Source of the DNA: an uncultured Polynucleobacter sp.
GTDB taxonomy: Bacteria > Pseudomonadota > Gammaproteobacteria > Burkholderiales > Burkholderiaceae
Reading direction: 5' to 3'
DNA length: 53,829 nt
Assembly: GCA_964536365.1 (NCBI GenBank)
Contig: CAZHWF010000002.1
Span: 1 to 53,829 of the forward strand
The notes under the pieces were generated by a model. The model was not told the origin of the DNA. It saw only the letters and a list, made by a program, of their open reading frames with translations, and searched no databases. Position 1 is the stretch's first letter, and each line of letters begins with the position of its first letter. Below, piece by piece: positions 37,607 to 48,032 of this stretch. The position numbers and the translations under genes are program-made.

Positions 37607-40105
37607 ATGCAAATTCCTGCACCCTCGCAGGGCCTCACTAAGTCAGAAGTCATTCATTTACAGAAGCAGCATGGATTTAACGAGCTTGCAGCTGCGGATA
37701 AAAAAACGATCTTAAAGTTACTGTTGCGAATATTGGCTGAGCCCACATTCGCACTACTATTATTGGCGGGCACAATTTACCTTGTCATTGGAAAAATTGA
37801 TGACGCATTAATTTTGCTTGGCTTTATCTTTATATCTGTTGGAATTACCCTATTCCAAGAAAGAAAAAGTGAAAAGGCGATTGACGCCCTTAAAGAATTA
37901 TCGAGCCCCAGAGCAATCGTGATTCGCAATGGCATTACCGAACGAATTGCCGGCAAGGATATTGTTATTGGGGACATTCTTATTCTTGAAGAAGGCGATA
38001 GAATTCCAGCGGATATTATCCTGCTAGAAACTCACGACCTACTGGTAGATGAATCTATGCTTACTGGCGAATCGGAACCTGTAAGTAAGGGTAATGCTAG
38101 CTCCGCTTACTCTGGGTGTATGGTGATCCGAGGTGGTGGAGTAGCGAGAGTTACTGCTATCGGCATGAAAACCGAGTTAGGCAAGATTGGCGGTAGCCTC
38201 AAACAAATTAATAAGCTCGATAGCCCTCTACAAGAAGACATAGGTGTCCTAATTAAAAGGTTTACGATATTCGGGATTTCGCTCTCAATTCTCGTACTAG
38301 TCATTTACGGACTCATACATGACAACTGGCTTCAGGGGGCACTTACCGCAATTAGCCTAACCATGGCTTTACTACCCGAAGAATTTACTGTCATTTTGAC
38401 GGTATTTATGGCGCTTGGGGTCTGGAGAATCTCCCATCAAAAGGTGCTCACTAGACATGCACCTGTGATTGAAACTTTAGGAAGCATCACCACTCTATGC
38501 GTCGATAAAACTGGCACCCTCACTGTAAATAAGATGTCTCTTGAAACGCTTGTCACTCCAGAAGATATCTTCACGTTTGACTTGAAACATGGAGAGCTAA
38601 ATTCATCGCAAAAGGAGCTTCTTGAATATTGCATTCTTGCAAGTGAAATAAAACCTTTTGATCCCATGGAACAAGCGTTTCATGAGAAACGTCATCTCAT
38701 ACCCGAGTATGAACTTGAATATTCAGGCTACGAATTAATTCATGAATATGGTTTAAGTCCTGAACTTCCTGCAATGACCCATCTTTGGCAAAAACCAAAC
38801 TCAAATGAATGCATCGTGGCCATGAAAGGGGCTCCAGAGGCCGTACTTCAATGCTGCAATTTAACGCCAACCCAGAAATTAGCGATTGAGAGCCAGATCC
38901 AAAATCTTGCTTCCCAAGGATTACGTTTGCTGGGGGTCGCAAAGTCGTGCTATATCAAGCAATCCAGCGATTGGCCAAGTGACATAGGATCTTTTGAATT
39001 TACTTGGCTAGGTCTTGTTGGACTGAAAGATCCAATCCGCAAAGAAGTTCCAGAAGCGATCAAGCGGTGTCAAGATGCCGGTATTCGAGTCATCATGATC
39101 ACGGGGGATCATGCCATAACTGCACAGGCAATTGCAAAACAAGCAGGCATCGACAGCGCCAATGTTTTATCGGGTGCGGATATCAATGCACTCGACGATA
39201 TTGAACTTCGAGAAGCGGCAAAGAAGACTTCTGTGTATGTTCGCATTAAATCCATCCAAAAATTACGACTTGTTAAAGCATTGCAAGCAAATCATGAAAT
39301 CGTCGCTATGACAGGCGATGGCGTGAATGATGCGCCCGCCCTAAAAGCTGCCCATGTTGGAGTGGCTATGGGACAACGAGGAACAGATGTTGCTAGGGAA
39401 GCTGCATCCTTAGTATTACTCAATGATGATTTTGCTTCTATCGTTCATACCATTGGGCAAGGCAGACAGATCTACGATAACTTACATAAGGCTATTATTT
39501 ATGTGGTTGCCATCCATATACCAATGGCAGGCGCGGTCTTTATTCCGATTCTATTTGGAATTGAGCCGATTCTGGATCCCATCCATATCGTTTTCTTGCA
39601 GATGATTATTGATCCAGCTTGCGCCATTATTTTTGAGAGGGAGGCGCCCGAGAAAGACGTCATGCTCAGACCCCCGAGAGACATTAATCAAAAGCTTTTT
39701 AGCTTGGAAAACATTTCAATGGCCCTGCTTCAAGGGACTGGCTTAACCTTTATTGTTGTTGGCCTGTATTTTTGGCTTCTCAAGCTAGGTCACTCCCATG
39801 CCATGGCCACAACCCTATCGTTTGGTTGCTTGGTGCTTGGCAATATCTCCTTAATTATTGTTAGTCGTTCGAAAAAAGATCACCTGTTTAACATTCTCAG
39901 AAAATCCAACCCTTCTCAAAAATGGATTCTAGGAGTTGGAGTGGTGTCATTTATCTTTTTAGTGACAACCCCATTCCTACGTGATCGCTTTCAATTTACA
40001 CAACCCACTACAGAAGGCGCATTAGTGATTCTTGCCTCTGGTTTAGTTGGACTAGTATGGTACGAACTTGTTAAATTCGGCTATAGAAGAAATTGGGCTC
40101 AGTAA
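37607..40105 (+). CDS. Cation-transporting P-type ATPase (P2-like)
   Basis: LTGES, LPEEF, CVDKTGTLT, KGAPE, MITGDH, TGDGVNDAPAL. Confidence 0.95.
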   Translation: MQIPAPSQGLTKSEVIHLQKQHGFNELAAADKKTILKLLLRILAEPTFALLLLAGTIYLVIGKIDDALILLGFIFISVGITLFQERKSEKAIDALKELSSPRAIVIRNGITERIAGKDIVIGDILILEEGDRIPADIILLETHDLLVDESMLTGESEPVSKGNASSAYSGCMVIRGGGVARVTAIGMKTELGKIGGSLKQINKLDSPLQEDIGVLIKRFTIFGISLSILVLVIYGLIHDNWLQGALTAISLTMALLPEEFTVILTVFMALGVWRISHQKVLTRHAPVIETLGSITTLCVDKTGTLTVNKMSLETLVTPEDIFTFDLKHGELNSSQKELLEYCILASEIKPFDPMEQAFHEKRHLIPEYELEYSGYELIHEYGLSPELPAMTHLWQKPNSNECIVAMKGAPEAVLQCCNLTPTQKLAIESQIQNLASQGLRLLGVAKSCYIKQSSDWPSDIGSFEFTWLGLVGLKDPIRKEVPEAIKRCQDAGIRVIMITGDHAITAQAIAKQAGIDSANVLSGADINALDDIELREAAKKTSVYVRIKSIQKLRLVKALQANHEIVAMTGDGVNDAPALKAAHVGVAMGQRGTDVAREAASLVLLNDDFASIVHTIGQGRQIYDNLHKAIIYVVAIHIPMAGAVFIPILFGIEPILDPIHIVFLQMIIDPACAIIFEREAPEKDVMLRPPRDINQKLFSLENISMALLQGTGLTFIVVGLYFWLLKLGHSHAMATTLSFGCLVLGNISLIIVSRSKKDHLFNILRKSNPSQKWILGVGVVSFIFLVTTPFLRDRFQFTQPTTEGALVILASGLVGLVWYELVKFGYRRNWAQ

Positions 40106-40151
40106 CTAACAGTCAAAAATTAGTCCTACTAAGATCCAACAAAATGACACA

Positions 40152-40181
40152 CCAAAGAAAAACCACCCGAAGGTGGTTTTT
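40152..40181 (-). terminator. Terminator, repeat copy 1 (likely bidirectional)
   Basis: CCAAAGAAAAACCACC-cgaa-GGTGGTTTTT. Confidence 0.85.
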
Positions 40182-40200
40182 GTTTCCTTACAACAAACCA

Positions 40201-41310
40201 TTAATTTGTTGGGATAGTAAGCAAAGGCTGGTTCAGTTTAGTGAACTTAATGTCTTTTGCATTCATGTCCATCTTCTTCATATCAAAGACATAGATATTA
40301 GTATTCTCAAACATTTTGACCGCGTATGTCATGCTCTTGTTGTTTGCCGTCACGCTCCATTCGGTAATTTCAATACCACCAATACCACCACCATAAGGAT
40401 TGCTAGCTGGTAGCGTGATTGCGCCAGGAGGTATATCAAAGCTACCCAAAATGTGCCAAGCTGCGGCATTCATTTGCGCGGTGCTGTAATTTTTAGGAAC
40501 GGAATTCGATAGGAATAAGGCACGAATAAAACGGCTTGGACTTAAAAAGTCGCCAGGCAATCCATGCAAACCAGATCCAGAGCTTGGAGCACTAAATTTA
40601 GCGCCATTTATGATGATTGGTGGTTTTTCAATATTAGAGAGATTGATGTAGCTGCCAATATTGTTTAGATGATCTTGAAATGGAGGATCATTTGTCATTA
40701 CACCAATCGGATTATCGGTAATCTGCAACTCGCCTTTAATGTACTCAACAACAATACTTTTTCCATTGGCATCATGAAATGTGTAATGAACAAGTGGTGT
40801 ATTGTTGTTGTAAAGAGCAATTTTGGCGCCATTTACCTTGATCTTTCTTAACCCCACCTTAACTTCATCAACTGTCGCAAAATTTGTCAGCGCATAAGTA
40901 AGCACTTGAAGTGAGCTAATACTTTCCCCAGAATTAGCCTGCGTCACTGCTTGGTACTGGGCGCTATCAGGCAAATTTAAAACGCCTCCAATGAGGCCTT
41001 TCTCATTCATACCATCGACTAACTCAGGCAAACCCATTGGATTCATGCCAACAGCAGCATACTTTGTTGTCCAACCCAATCCAGAGCCATATTTACCATC
41101 CAAGCCAATACCTTTAGCAGCGTAGTTTCTTGGGATGGAAGTTAATTCAGACTTGAGCGGCAAACCAAACTCCATCGTGCGCCCATATACGGTACCGCCA
41201 TCATTGCCTTTTAAGATAAAACTAGTGCAAGCATTGCTTGCAATTGGTGCAAATGCCAAAGACATTGATAGGCCAGTAATTGCCATTTTCTTCAAGAAGC
41301 GATGTTTCAT
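40201..41310 (-). CDS. Exported linear amide C-N hydrolase (choloylglycine hydrolase / penicillin V acylase family)
   Basis: Signal peptide then catalytic Cys (ASNA|CTSF), GRTMEF, DGMNEKGL, VMTNDP, LPGDFLSPSRF. Confidence 0.93.
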   Translation of the reverse strand: MKHRFLKKMAITGLSMSLAFAPIASNACTSFILKGNDGGTVYGRTMEFGLPLKSELTSIPRNYAAKGIGLDGKYGSGLGWTTKYAAVGMNPMGLPELVDGMNEKGLIGGVLNLPDSAQYQAVTQANSGESISSLQVLTYALTNFATVDEVKVGLRKIKVNGAKIALYNNNTPLVHYTFHDANGKSIVVEYIKGELQITDNPIGVMTNDPPFQDHLNNIGSYINLSNIEKPPIIINGAKFSAPSSGSGLHGLPGDFLSPSRFIRALFLSNSVPKNYSTAQMNAAAWHILGSFDIPPGAITLPASNPYGGGIGGIEITEWSVTANNKSMTYAVKMFENTNIYVFDMKKMDMNAKDIKFTKLNQPLLTIPTN

Positions 41311-41358
41311 AAATCAACCTTTCTGGTAAAAGCTTTTATTTCACAAGCACATAATGCG

Positions 41359-41385
41359 CCAAAGAAAAACCACCTAGGGTGGTTT
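41359..41385 (-). terminator. Terminator, repeat copy 2
   Basis: CCAAAGAAAAACCACC-tag-GGTGGTTT. Confidence 0.8.
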
Positions 41386-41399
41386 CATCCATCCGATGC

Positions 41400-41804
41400 T
41401 TATTTAATGAGATCCAAGAATTGAACGTTGTTATTAATGTTTACGAATGATGATGAATCATATACATAGTTACCATTGGTCGTGAACAAGAACATATAGG
41501 CTTTTAGTGGGCCATAACCGCCTGAGCGTTCTTTAGCATTCACATCGCAAACCACCATCCAACCAAATTTAGCTGGTTCATGGCTAAATTCTCTAGCCCA
41601 TGCTTTGCGTGGAGGAGCACACTCTTTCCTAGCAGCCTCAGGCTCATTGATATTTGCTTTGAGATACGAATTTACCTCTTTATCAATCTCCGCTTGTTTT
41701 GGCTGCGCAGTGAATTTAGCTTGCTGGATCTCTGTTTTGGTTACAGGTGTGGCACAAGCTACTAATACAATAGCGGCCAAGGCACTTAAGAGTTTGGTTT
41801 TCAT
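41400..41804 (-). CDS. Hypothetical lipoprotein
   Basis: MKTKLLSALAAIVLVA|C lipobox; GWMVVCDVNAKERSGGY motif. Confidence 0.8.
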   Translation of the reverse strand: MKTKLLSALAAIVLVACATPVTKTEIQQAKFTAQPKQAEIDKEVNSYLKANINEPEAARKECAPPRKAWAREFSHEPAKFGWMVVCDVNAKERSGGYGPLKAYMFLFTTNGNYVYDSSSFVNINNNVQFLDLIK

Positions 41805-41993
41805 ATTTTTAAGTTCTCTAATAATCAAATAATTTGAAGCAAGAATATCTCTTGCTTCTATGTGCGGATTATAGAAGAAGGTCTTAAAAGATGACCCTCA
41901 TTACTGCGCCTTCATAATAGGTGACAGCTCCCAGCTGCCACCCAAAATTGATGGGTTTTTTGAGCTTGAGCCAGTATTTATTGGAGAGTTGAC

Positions 41994-42317
41994 TTAGATT
42001 GAAGTCTTTGCAATAAAGAATGCTTTAGGCACTTCAGTGCACCACACAACACCATCACCAACCTGCCCTGTTTGACAAACAGTGACAATTTTATCCATGA
42101 GTACTAGCGCGATTTCATCATTACAGATGATCTCTATCCTCACCTTTGCTGAGTAGTCAGTTAACTCATCTTTGATATTGGTCTTATTTGTTTTATTTGG
42201 AGCACTACATCCTTCGACCTTAGCAACAGTCATTCCGGGAAAGCCAGGCGTTTCCATTAGAGCTGTTCTAAGGGCGGGTAATCTATTGGGGCGAATAACC
42301 GCCTTGACTTCCATCAT
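41994..42317 (-). CDS. Non-canonical PII-family protein
   Basis: KAVIRP, GMTV, KVRIEI and TGQVGDG align with GlnB; ATGA overlap with the RND gene. Confidence 0.92.
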   Translation of the reverse strand: MMEVKAVIRPNRLPALRTALMETPGFPGMTVAKVEGCSAPNKTNKTNIKDELTDYSAKVRIEIICNDEIALVLMDKIVTVCQTGQVGDGVVWCTEVPKAFFIAKTSI

Positions 42318-45300
42318 GCTTCCACCTCTTTCTCTTCAAACCATCTGTACAAGACGGGCAATACTAATAGGGTTAGCGCTGTCGAGGTAAGCAAACCTGC
42401 GATCACCACAGCGGCTAAAGGGCGGGTCACTTCGGAACCAGGACCTCCTGAGAACAACATCGGCACCAATGCCAACATCGCCACTGAAGCCGTCATCATG
42501 ACCGGTCTAAAGCGATGGCCGCAACCATGCAGTAAAGCTTCTTCCATGCTGTAACCATCTTCACGCAATTGTTTAATAAACGAAATCAACACCACACCAT
42601 TGAGCACCGCAATACCCCAGAGATTAATAAATCCTACGGCGGCGGGAACCGATAAATATTCGCCCGTTAGGAATAATCCAAACACACCACCAATTGATGC
42701 AAATGGCAAAACCATAATGATGAGACCAGCCAAGCGAACGGACTTGAATAACATAAACAACAAGAAGAAGATGGCCAAAATCGTGAGCGGAATAATGATC
42801 ATCAAACGAGCCATCGCGCGCTGCATATTTTCGAATTGGCCACCCCACTGCAAGGTATACCCTTGGGGTAATTCCACATTCTTAGCAATGAGCGCTTGGG
42901 CTTCTTTGACAAAGCCACCTAAATCTCGACCTTCCACATTCACACCAACCACCAAACGTCGTTTACCCGATTCTCGTGAAATCTGCGCAGGACCTTCTAC
43001 CAAGCTAATCTCAGCCAAATCTCGCATCAACACCTGGGCGCCGTCTGGGGAGTGCAAAATAATATTTTGGATGGCATCAATATTATTTCGATAAGCGCTT
43101 GGGTAACGCAACAGCAATGGGAAGCGACGCTCCCCTTCGTAAATCGTACTCGCCTGTTTACCCCCAATAGCAGTTTCAATGACTTCATTGACATCAGAGA
43201 CATTGATTCCATAGCGCGCGATCGCATCACGATCGATCTTGATGTTAAGGTAATTTTGTCCTGAGGCTTGCTCAATGCGTAAGTCATTACTTCCTTTCAT
43301 CTTGGTCAAGATCTGACCAATTTGAGAGCCTAATTTTTGCAGGATGGCGAGATCATCGCCAAATATTTTGACGGCTACTTGTGAACGGACCCCCGAGACC
43401 ATTTCATCGACTCGTGCCGCGATTGGCTGTGAGATCGCTAATTCAATACCAGGGAGCGTTTTAAGCTTCTCGCGAATTTGTTGAGCAATCTCTTCTTGGC
43501 TTAAATCTCTATCCCCAAGCGGTTTAAGCGTCACAATCGGATCAGACTCATTTGGCTGGCCTGGATCAGCGGGCGACTCGCCCTTACCTAAACGAGAGAC
43601 CGCCATCTCCACTCCAGGAATAGTCATGATGCGCTTGATTGCCTCAAACTCCAGTTTGATTGACTCATCTAATGAAATATTCGGGGCGCGTACGATCACC
43701 GGAGTAATTGATCCCTCCTGCATTACCGGAATAAATGCTTTACCCAAGAAAACAAACCCAACCAAGCTAACGCCCAATGCAATGACAGAACGCTTTACTA
43801 CTAACCTTGGATGTTCCAGACTCCAGTGCAGCCAGCGTTCATAGGGGCCGCGCATTTTTTTGACCACTTTCGTGTCATCCTCGCTGCCACCCTTGAGAAT
43901 ATAGGAACAGAGCGCTGGCGATAAAGTGAACGACAGAATGAGGGAGATTGTTAAGGCGATCGCAATGGTGATTGCCATTGGCGAAAACATTTTGCCTTCC
44001 ATTCCCTCGAGCGAAAGCAGCGGCATAAACACCAAAATGATGATGCCAACACCAAAAAGCACAGGCTTACCTACTTCTGAAGCTGCCTCCAAGATGATCC
44101 TGTTTTTAGACTCACCGGATTTGAGGCGTTCACCCAGTTTTGCGAATGTGTTCTCCACCACCACAACTGAGCCATCGACCATAATGCCGATCGCAATCGC
44201 CAAACCACCTAACGACATCAAATTCGCAGAGATGCCATAACGGTTCATAACCAAGAAAGTCAACAATGGCGTTAGCAATAAAGTGGCCACCACAATGAGG
44301 GATGAGCGCACATCCCCCAAGAAGAGAAAGAGCAATATGATGACCAAAATCACACCTTCAATAAGCACCTTAGCCACATTGAACATGGCAGCATTTACTA
44401 GGTCGGTGCGGTCATAGAAGGGCACAATCTGCAAACCATCGGGCAACAACTTGCCCTCGTTGATTTCCTCTACTTTAAGCTTGATGCGATTCACCACTTC
44501 TCTTGCATTGCCACCGCGAATCATTTGCACAATACCAGCAACGCTCTCTGTATAGCCATTCTTAATCGCAGCACCCTGTCGGATTTCACTACCAATAGTG
44601 ACTTCGGCAACGTTTTTGACATATACCGGAATACCTTTGACTTCTTTGAGAATAATTTTGCCAATGTCCTCCGGCTTATTAATTAATCCCAGGCCGCGGA
44701 TGAGGTATCGCTCCGCATAAGTGGGCAATTGACCGCCACCAGAATTCGCATTATTTCTGGCAAGTGCTTGATAGACTTCATGCAAACTGATTTGATAATG
44801 GCGTAATCTTTCAGGGTTTACAAGCACCTGATACTCTCGAGCATAACCACCCTGTGTATTGATCTCCGCAACACCAGGTATAGAGCGCAACATAGGACGC
44901 ACGATCCAGTCCTGCACAGCCCGTCGGTCAGATAATTCATCCTCAGAAAGCTCACGGTCTCCATCGGATGGATGATCCAAGGTGTACTGATAAATTTCAC
45001 CCAATCCTGTAGAGGGTGGAGCCAGTACCGGAGTAATGCCTACCGGCATCTTCGAGGCTACCTCAATCAATCGCTCAGTAACTAATTGACGAGCAAAGTA
45101 GATATCCGTTTTTTCAGTAAACACCAAGGTGATAATTGAAATGCCATTCCGATTTAATGAACGCATCTCAGTTAAACCAGGTAAACCAGTCATACCCAAT
45201 TCAATAGGGATGGTCACAAAGCGCTCCACCTCCTCTGGTGACTTACCAGGAGCCTCTGCAGCAACCTGGACTTGCACATTAGTCACATCTGGAAACGCAT

Positions 45301-45409
45301 CAACAGAGAGTCTTTTCGTTGCCAACAGGCCAGCAATAAGCAAAACAATGGCGATAATGACCACCAAAAGACGTTGCTGTAACGAGAGGCGAACGAGTCT
45401 TTCAATCAT
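42314..45409 (-). CDS. CzcA/CusA-family heavy-metal RND permease
   Basis: VDAFPDVTNVQVQ, TGLGEIYQY, NLMSLGG..GIMVDGSVVVVEN, RFRPVMMTA. Confidence 0.96.
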   Translation of the reverse strand: MIERLVRLSLQQRLLVVIIAIVLLIAGLLATKRLSVDAFPDVTNVQVQVAAEAPGKSPEEVERFVTIPIELGMTGLPGLTEMRSLNRNGISIITLVFTEKTDIYFARQLVTERLIEVASKMPVGITPVLAPPSTGLGEIYQYTLDHPSDGDRELSEDELSDRRAVQDWIVRPMLRSIPGVAEINTQGGYAREYQVLVNPERLRHYQISLHEVYQALARNNANSGGGQLPTYAERYLIRGLGLINKPEDIGKIILKEVKGIPVYVKNVAEVTIGSEIRQGAAIKNGYTESVAGIVQMIRGGNAREVVNRIKLKVEEINEGKLLPDGLQIVPFYDRTDLVNAAMFNVAKVLIEGVILVIILLFLFLGDVRSSLIVVATLLLTPLLTFLVMNRYGISANLMSLGGLAIAIGIMVDGSVVVVENTFAKLGERLKSGESKNRIILEAASEVGKPVLFGVGIIILVFMPLLSLEGMEGKMFSPMAITIAIALTISLILSFTLSPALCSYILKGGSEDDTKVVKKMRGPYERWLHWSLEHPRLVVKRSVIALGVSLVGFVFLGKAFIPVMQEGSITPVIVRAPNISLDESIKLEFEAIKRIMTIPGVEMAVSRLGKGESPADPGQPNESDPIVTLKPLGDRDLSQEEIAQQIREKLKTLPGIELAISQPIAARVDEMVSGVRSQVAVKIFGDDLAILQKLGSQIGQILTKMKGSNDLRIEQASGQNYLNIKIDRDAIARYGINVSDVNEVIETAIGGKQASTIYEGERRFPLLLRYPSAYRNNIDAIQNIILHSPDGAQVLMRDLAEISLVEGPAQISRESGKRRLVVGVNVEGRDLGGFVKEAQALIAKNVELPQGYTLQWGGQFENMQRAMARLMIIIPLTILAIFFLLFMLFKSVRLAGLIIMVLPFASIGGVFGLFLTGEYLSVPAAVGFINLWGIAVLNGVVLISFIKQLREDGYSMEEALLHGCGHRFRPVMMTASVAMLALVPMLFSGGPGSEVTRPLAAVVIAGLLTSTALTLLVLPVLYRWFEEKEVEA

Positions 45410-45414
45410 CGGTA

Positions 45415-46761
45415 TCAACCACCACTTAACTGACGCTTGCGCTCAGTATTTAAGTGATACGCGCCTTCAATAGCAATCTCTTGCCCCTCTTTTAAACCAG
45501 AAATCACTGGGCGGTAACCCTTACCTTCTGGACCAAGTTTTACGGGAACCATGCGATAAGTGTCATCATCCAGTCGAACATAAACGTGATCGTGATTATC
45601 TTCACGCACGATTGCCGCCAATGGAACTACCAATTTATCTACTGGCTGACTATCAATCAACATAGTTGCCAACATACCAGGCTTAATTAGGCCATCATGA
45701 TTTGGCAGATCCATTCGAACCACTACAGTGCGGGTCTGGGGATTCACAATCGAATCGACATGCGCAATGACGCCATCAATTTCCATATTTCTTAAGGCGG
45801 GAATAATGACTGAGGCCTTCTGACCCTTTTGCATCAGATAAGCATTACTCTCAGGCACCTCAGAGACGGCCCATAAGGTATTCAGATCAGCCACTGTGAA
45901 TAGCGCATCAGATGGCTGAACTACCTGACCACGATTAATTTTACGCTCCACAATTTCACCGGGAATCGTAGCAATCACATTATTAATCGATTCAATTACG
46001 CCAGATTTAGCAAGCTCATCAATGTTCGCCTGATCCATGCCCTGGACCTTTAACTGATCATTAGCAGCGCGAAACTCTGCCCTAGCGCTACTCGCCTCAG
46101 CCTCGCGTCTTTGCAACTCCGCTAACGCAATAACATCCTCTTTATAGAGAATCTTTGCGCGATTAGCAGCTTGATCAGCTAACTGACTTGCGCTTTTTGC
46201 CTTTAAATACGCTAACTGTGATTGAGTTAATTCTGTAGAGGTGATTTTGGCTAACACATCACCCTGCTTGACCACTTGTCCAGGCACAGCCAAGATTTCA
46301 GAAACTCGTCCAGTAACGTTTGCGCCAATTCGCGCCAAAAAGCGCTCATTAAAATCAATTCGACCAGAAGCGCGCAACTCTTCCACGAATGGAGATACTT
46401 GGGCTTTGCCATCGGCAATCATTTTGCGTAAGTCATCATTCACAATCACCACATTGGGATCTTGGACAGACTTAACAGGCGGCTTGAAATCAAAAACATT
46501 GAAGTAATTCAGGACTACTAAAAAAACACAAAACCAAGGCAAATAAAATACGCCCTTCTTGAACCAGGACGGAGTTTTGTCATAGCGATTACTCACTACA
46601 GGCGCATGACCTGCAATCCATTGATGGACTTGTTGATATAACTCATCTTGAGTCTGCAAAACTTGAGTAGTCCATTCCTTGGCATAGAATTTGACCTTTC
46701 TCATCAGAAAGGTTTTCCAGGCCTTTGCTTTTCTTAAGGCTTTAGACAGTTCTTGGTTCAT
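45415..46761 (-). CDS. RND periplasmic adaptor (CzcB-like)
   Basis: GQVVKQGDVLA lipoyl motif, VNPQTRT, IKPGMLA; ATG 46761 overlaps the stop of the TolC-family gene. Confidence 0.93.
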   Translation of the reverse strand: MNQELSKALRKAKAWKTFLMRKVKFYAKEWTTQVLQTQDELYQQVHQWIAGHAPVVSNRYDKTPSWFKKGVFYLPWFCVFLVVLNYFNVFDFKPPVKSVQDPNVVIVNDDLRKMIADGKAQVSPFVEELRASGRIDFNERFLARIGANVTGRVSEILAVPGQVVKQGDVLAKITSTELTQSQLAYLKAKSASQLADQAANRAKILYKEDVIALAELQRREAEASSARAEFRAANDQLKVQGMDQANIDELAKSGVIESINNVIATIPGEIVERKINRGQVVQPSDALFTVADLNTLWAVSEVPESNAYLMQKGQKASVIIPALRNMEIDGVIAHVDSIVNPQTRTVVVRMDLPNHDGLIKPGMLATMLIDSQPVDKLVVPLAAIVREDNHDHVYVRLDDDTYRMVPVKLGPEGKGYRPVISGLKEGQEIAIEGAYHLNTERKRQLSGG

Positions 46762-48032
46762 TGCAATCCACTTTCTATCTTTGCAAGCCATTCTGGACTT
46801 GCTCTTAATCTCTGAATTTCCGTTGTGACAGCCGCCAAATCAAAGCGCGCCCGAATCAAATCGTTCCTAGCGGCCCGGAATGTTCTTTGCGCGTCTAAAT
46901 ATTCGAGCATGCCGCGCTCGCCATAACGATAGGAAACTTCCGCAATTCGCTGAGCACTAGCCGCCAACTGCACCACTTCCTGACTTAATACTTTTACTTG
47001 GTAACTCGTCATTTGATAGAGCTTGTAAGCGGTTTCCATTTGCTGATCTAAGGTTTGGCTTTGGGCGTTTAATTGGTTTTTCGCCTTCGAAGCATTTGCC
47101 TCCGCTTCCGCAATCTGACCACCTTTGAAATCCCAGATAGGAATGCTAATTTGCAAACCATACAAACGATCAGTAAAGTTTGGATCGTTATATTGCGAGG
47201 CCTTAAATGCTAAGCGCGGCAAACGAGAGTTTTTTTCAAAACTCAGTTTTGATTCTGACGCATCGACCTCAGCCTTCGCTTTTTGTAACTCTGGACTTTG
47301 GGCTTGAACTTCGCTTAAAAGCGTTGGCAAGGGCGGCAATACTTCAGGCTTTGGTTGCTCAACAACCACCGTGAAGTCTGCCGGCAACTGGTGACCGACT
47401 GTTTGGCGCAATTGACTCCTAGCTTGCTCTACGCGCAACTTACTGGACTCAGCGGCAATTTGCGCATTAAGAAATTCGGTTTGCACGCGAATAAGTTCAA
47501 AGCGAGCGGTCTCACCAACGTCATAACGAATTTGCATGCGATCACGAATTTGCTTAGTCAAATTCATATCTTCTTCGGCAGCCTTTTGCTCTGCTTCACG
47601 GCGCATCAACTCATAAAAACGCTGCTGCACCTTAGAAATCGTCTCCACCTCAAATGCGATACGCGTAGCTTCTGCCGCCCTAAGGTTTGCCTCAGCCGCA
47701 TTCACACGAGGAAAACGCGTGTATGGCATATCCAATGGTTGAGTCACCGCCCATGAAGAAACATTGCCTACTGTTAACGGGCCAGTGGCAGAGCGTTGCT
47801 GGCCAGTTGAAATCTCAAACTCGGGATTAGGTATCGCCCTGGCGGTTGATAACTGCCCTTTAATTGCCTTAGCCTGATCTCGAGCTGCCAAAACTTGGGG
47901 ATTAGACTCTAGCGATAAAGCAATCAAATCATTTACGGTGAATGATTTTTGAGTTTGTGCGTTGGCATGAGCGGTCATAGTGATTACCGCGAAGGCAACT
48001 GCGACAATATTCAAACTACGATAGAGCAACAT
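46758..48032 (-). CDS. TolC/CzcC-family outer-membrane factor (frame open up to TTG 48173)
   Basis: Signal peptide after ATG 48032, ALSLESNP, ISIPIWD, YRYGERGMLEYLDAQR. Confidence 0.93.
   Translation of the reverse strand: MLLYRSLNIVAVAFAVITMTAHANAQTQKSFTVNDLIALSLESNPQVLAARDQAKAIKGQLSTARAIPNPEFEISTGQQRSATGPLTVGNVSSWAVTQPLDMPYTRFPRVNAAEANLRAAEATRIAFEVETISKVQQRFYELMRREAEQKAAEEDMNLTKQIRDRMQIRYDVGETARFELIRVQTEFLNAQIAAESSKLRVEQARSQLRQTVGHQLPADFTVVVEQPKPEVLPPLPTLLSEVQAQSPELQKAKAEVDASESKLSFEKNSRLPRLAFKASQYNDPNFTDRLYGLQISIPIWDFKGGQIAEAEANASKAKNQLNAQSQTLDQQMETAYKLYQMTSYQVKVLSQEVVQLAASAQRIAEVSYRYGERGMLEYLDAQRTFRAARNDLIRARFDLAAVTTEIQRLRASPEWLAKIESGLQ

Noticed and set aside
41835-41945. Hairpins GAAGCAAGA/TCTTGCTTC and GGTGACAGCT/AGCTGCCACC as a structured RNA
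   Set aside because: No recognisable riboswitch core; explainable as terminator and leader hairpins between PII and the lipoprotein gene
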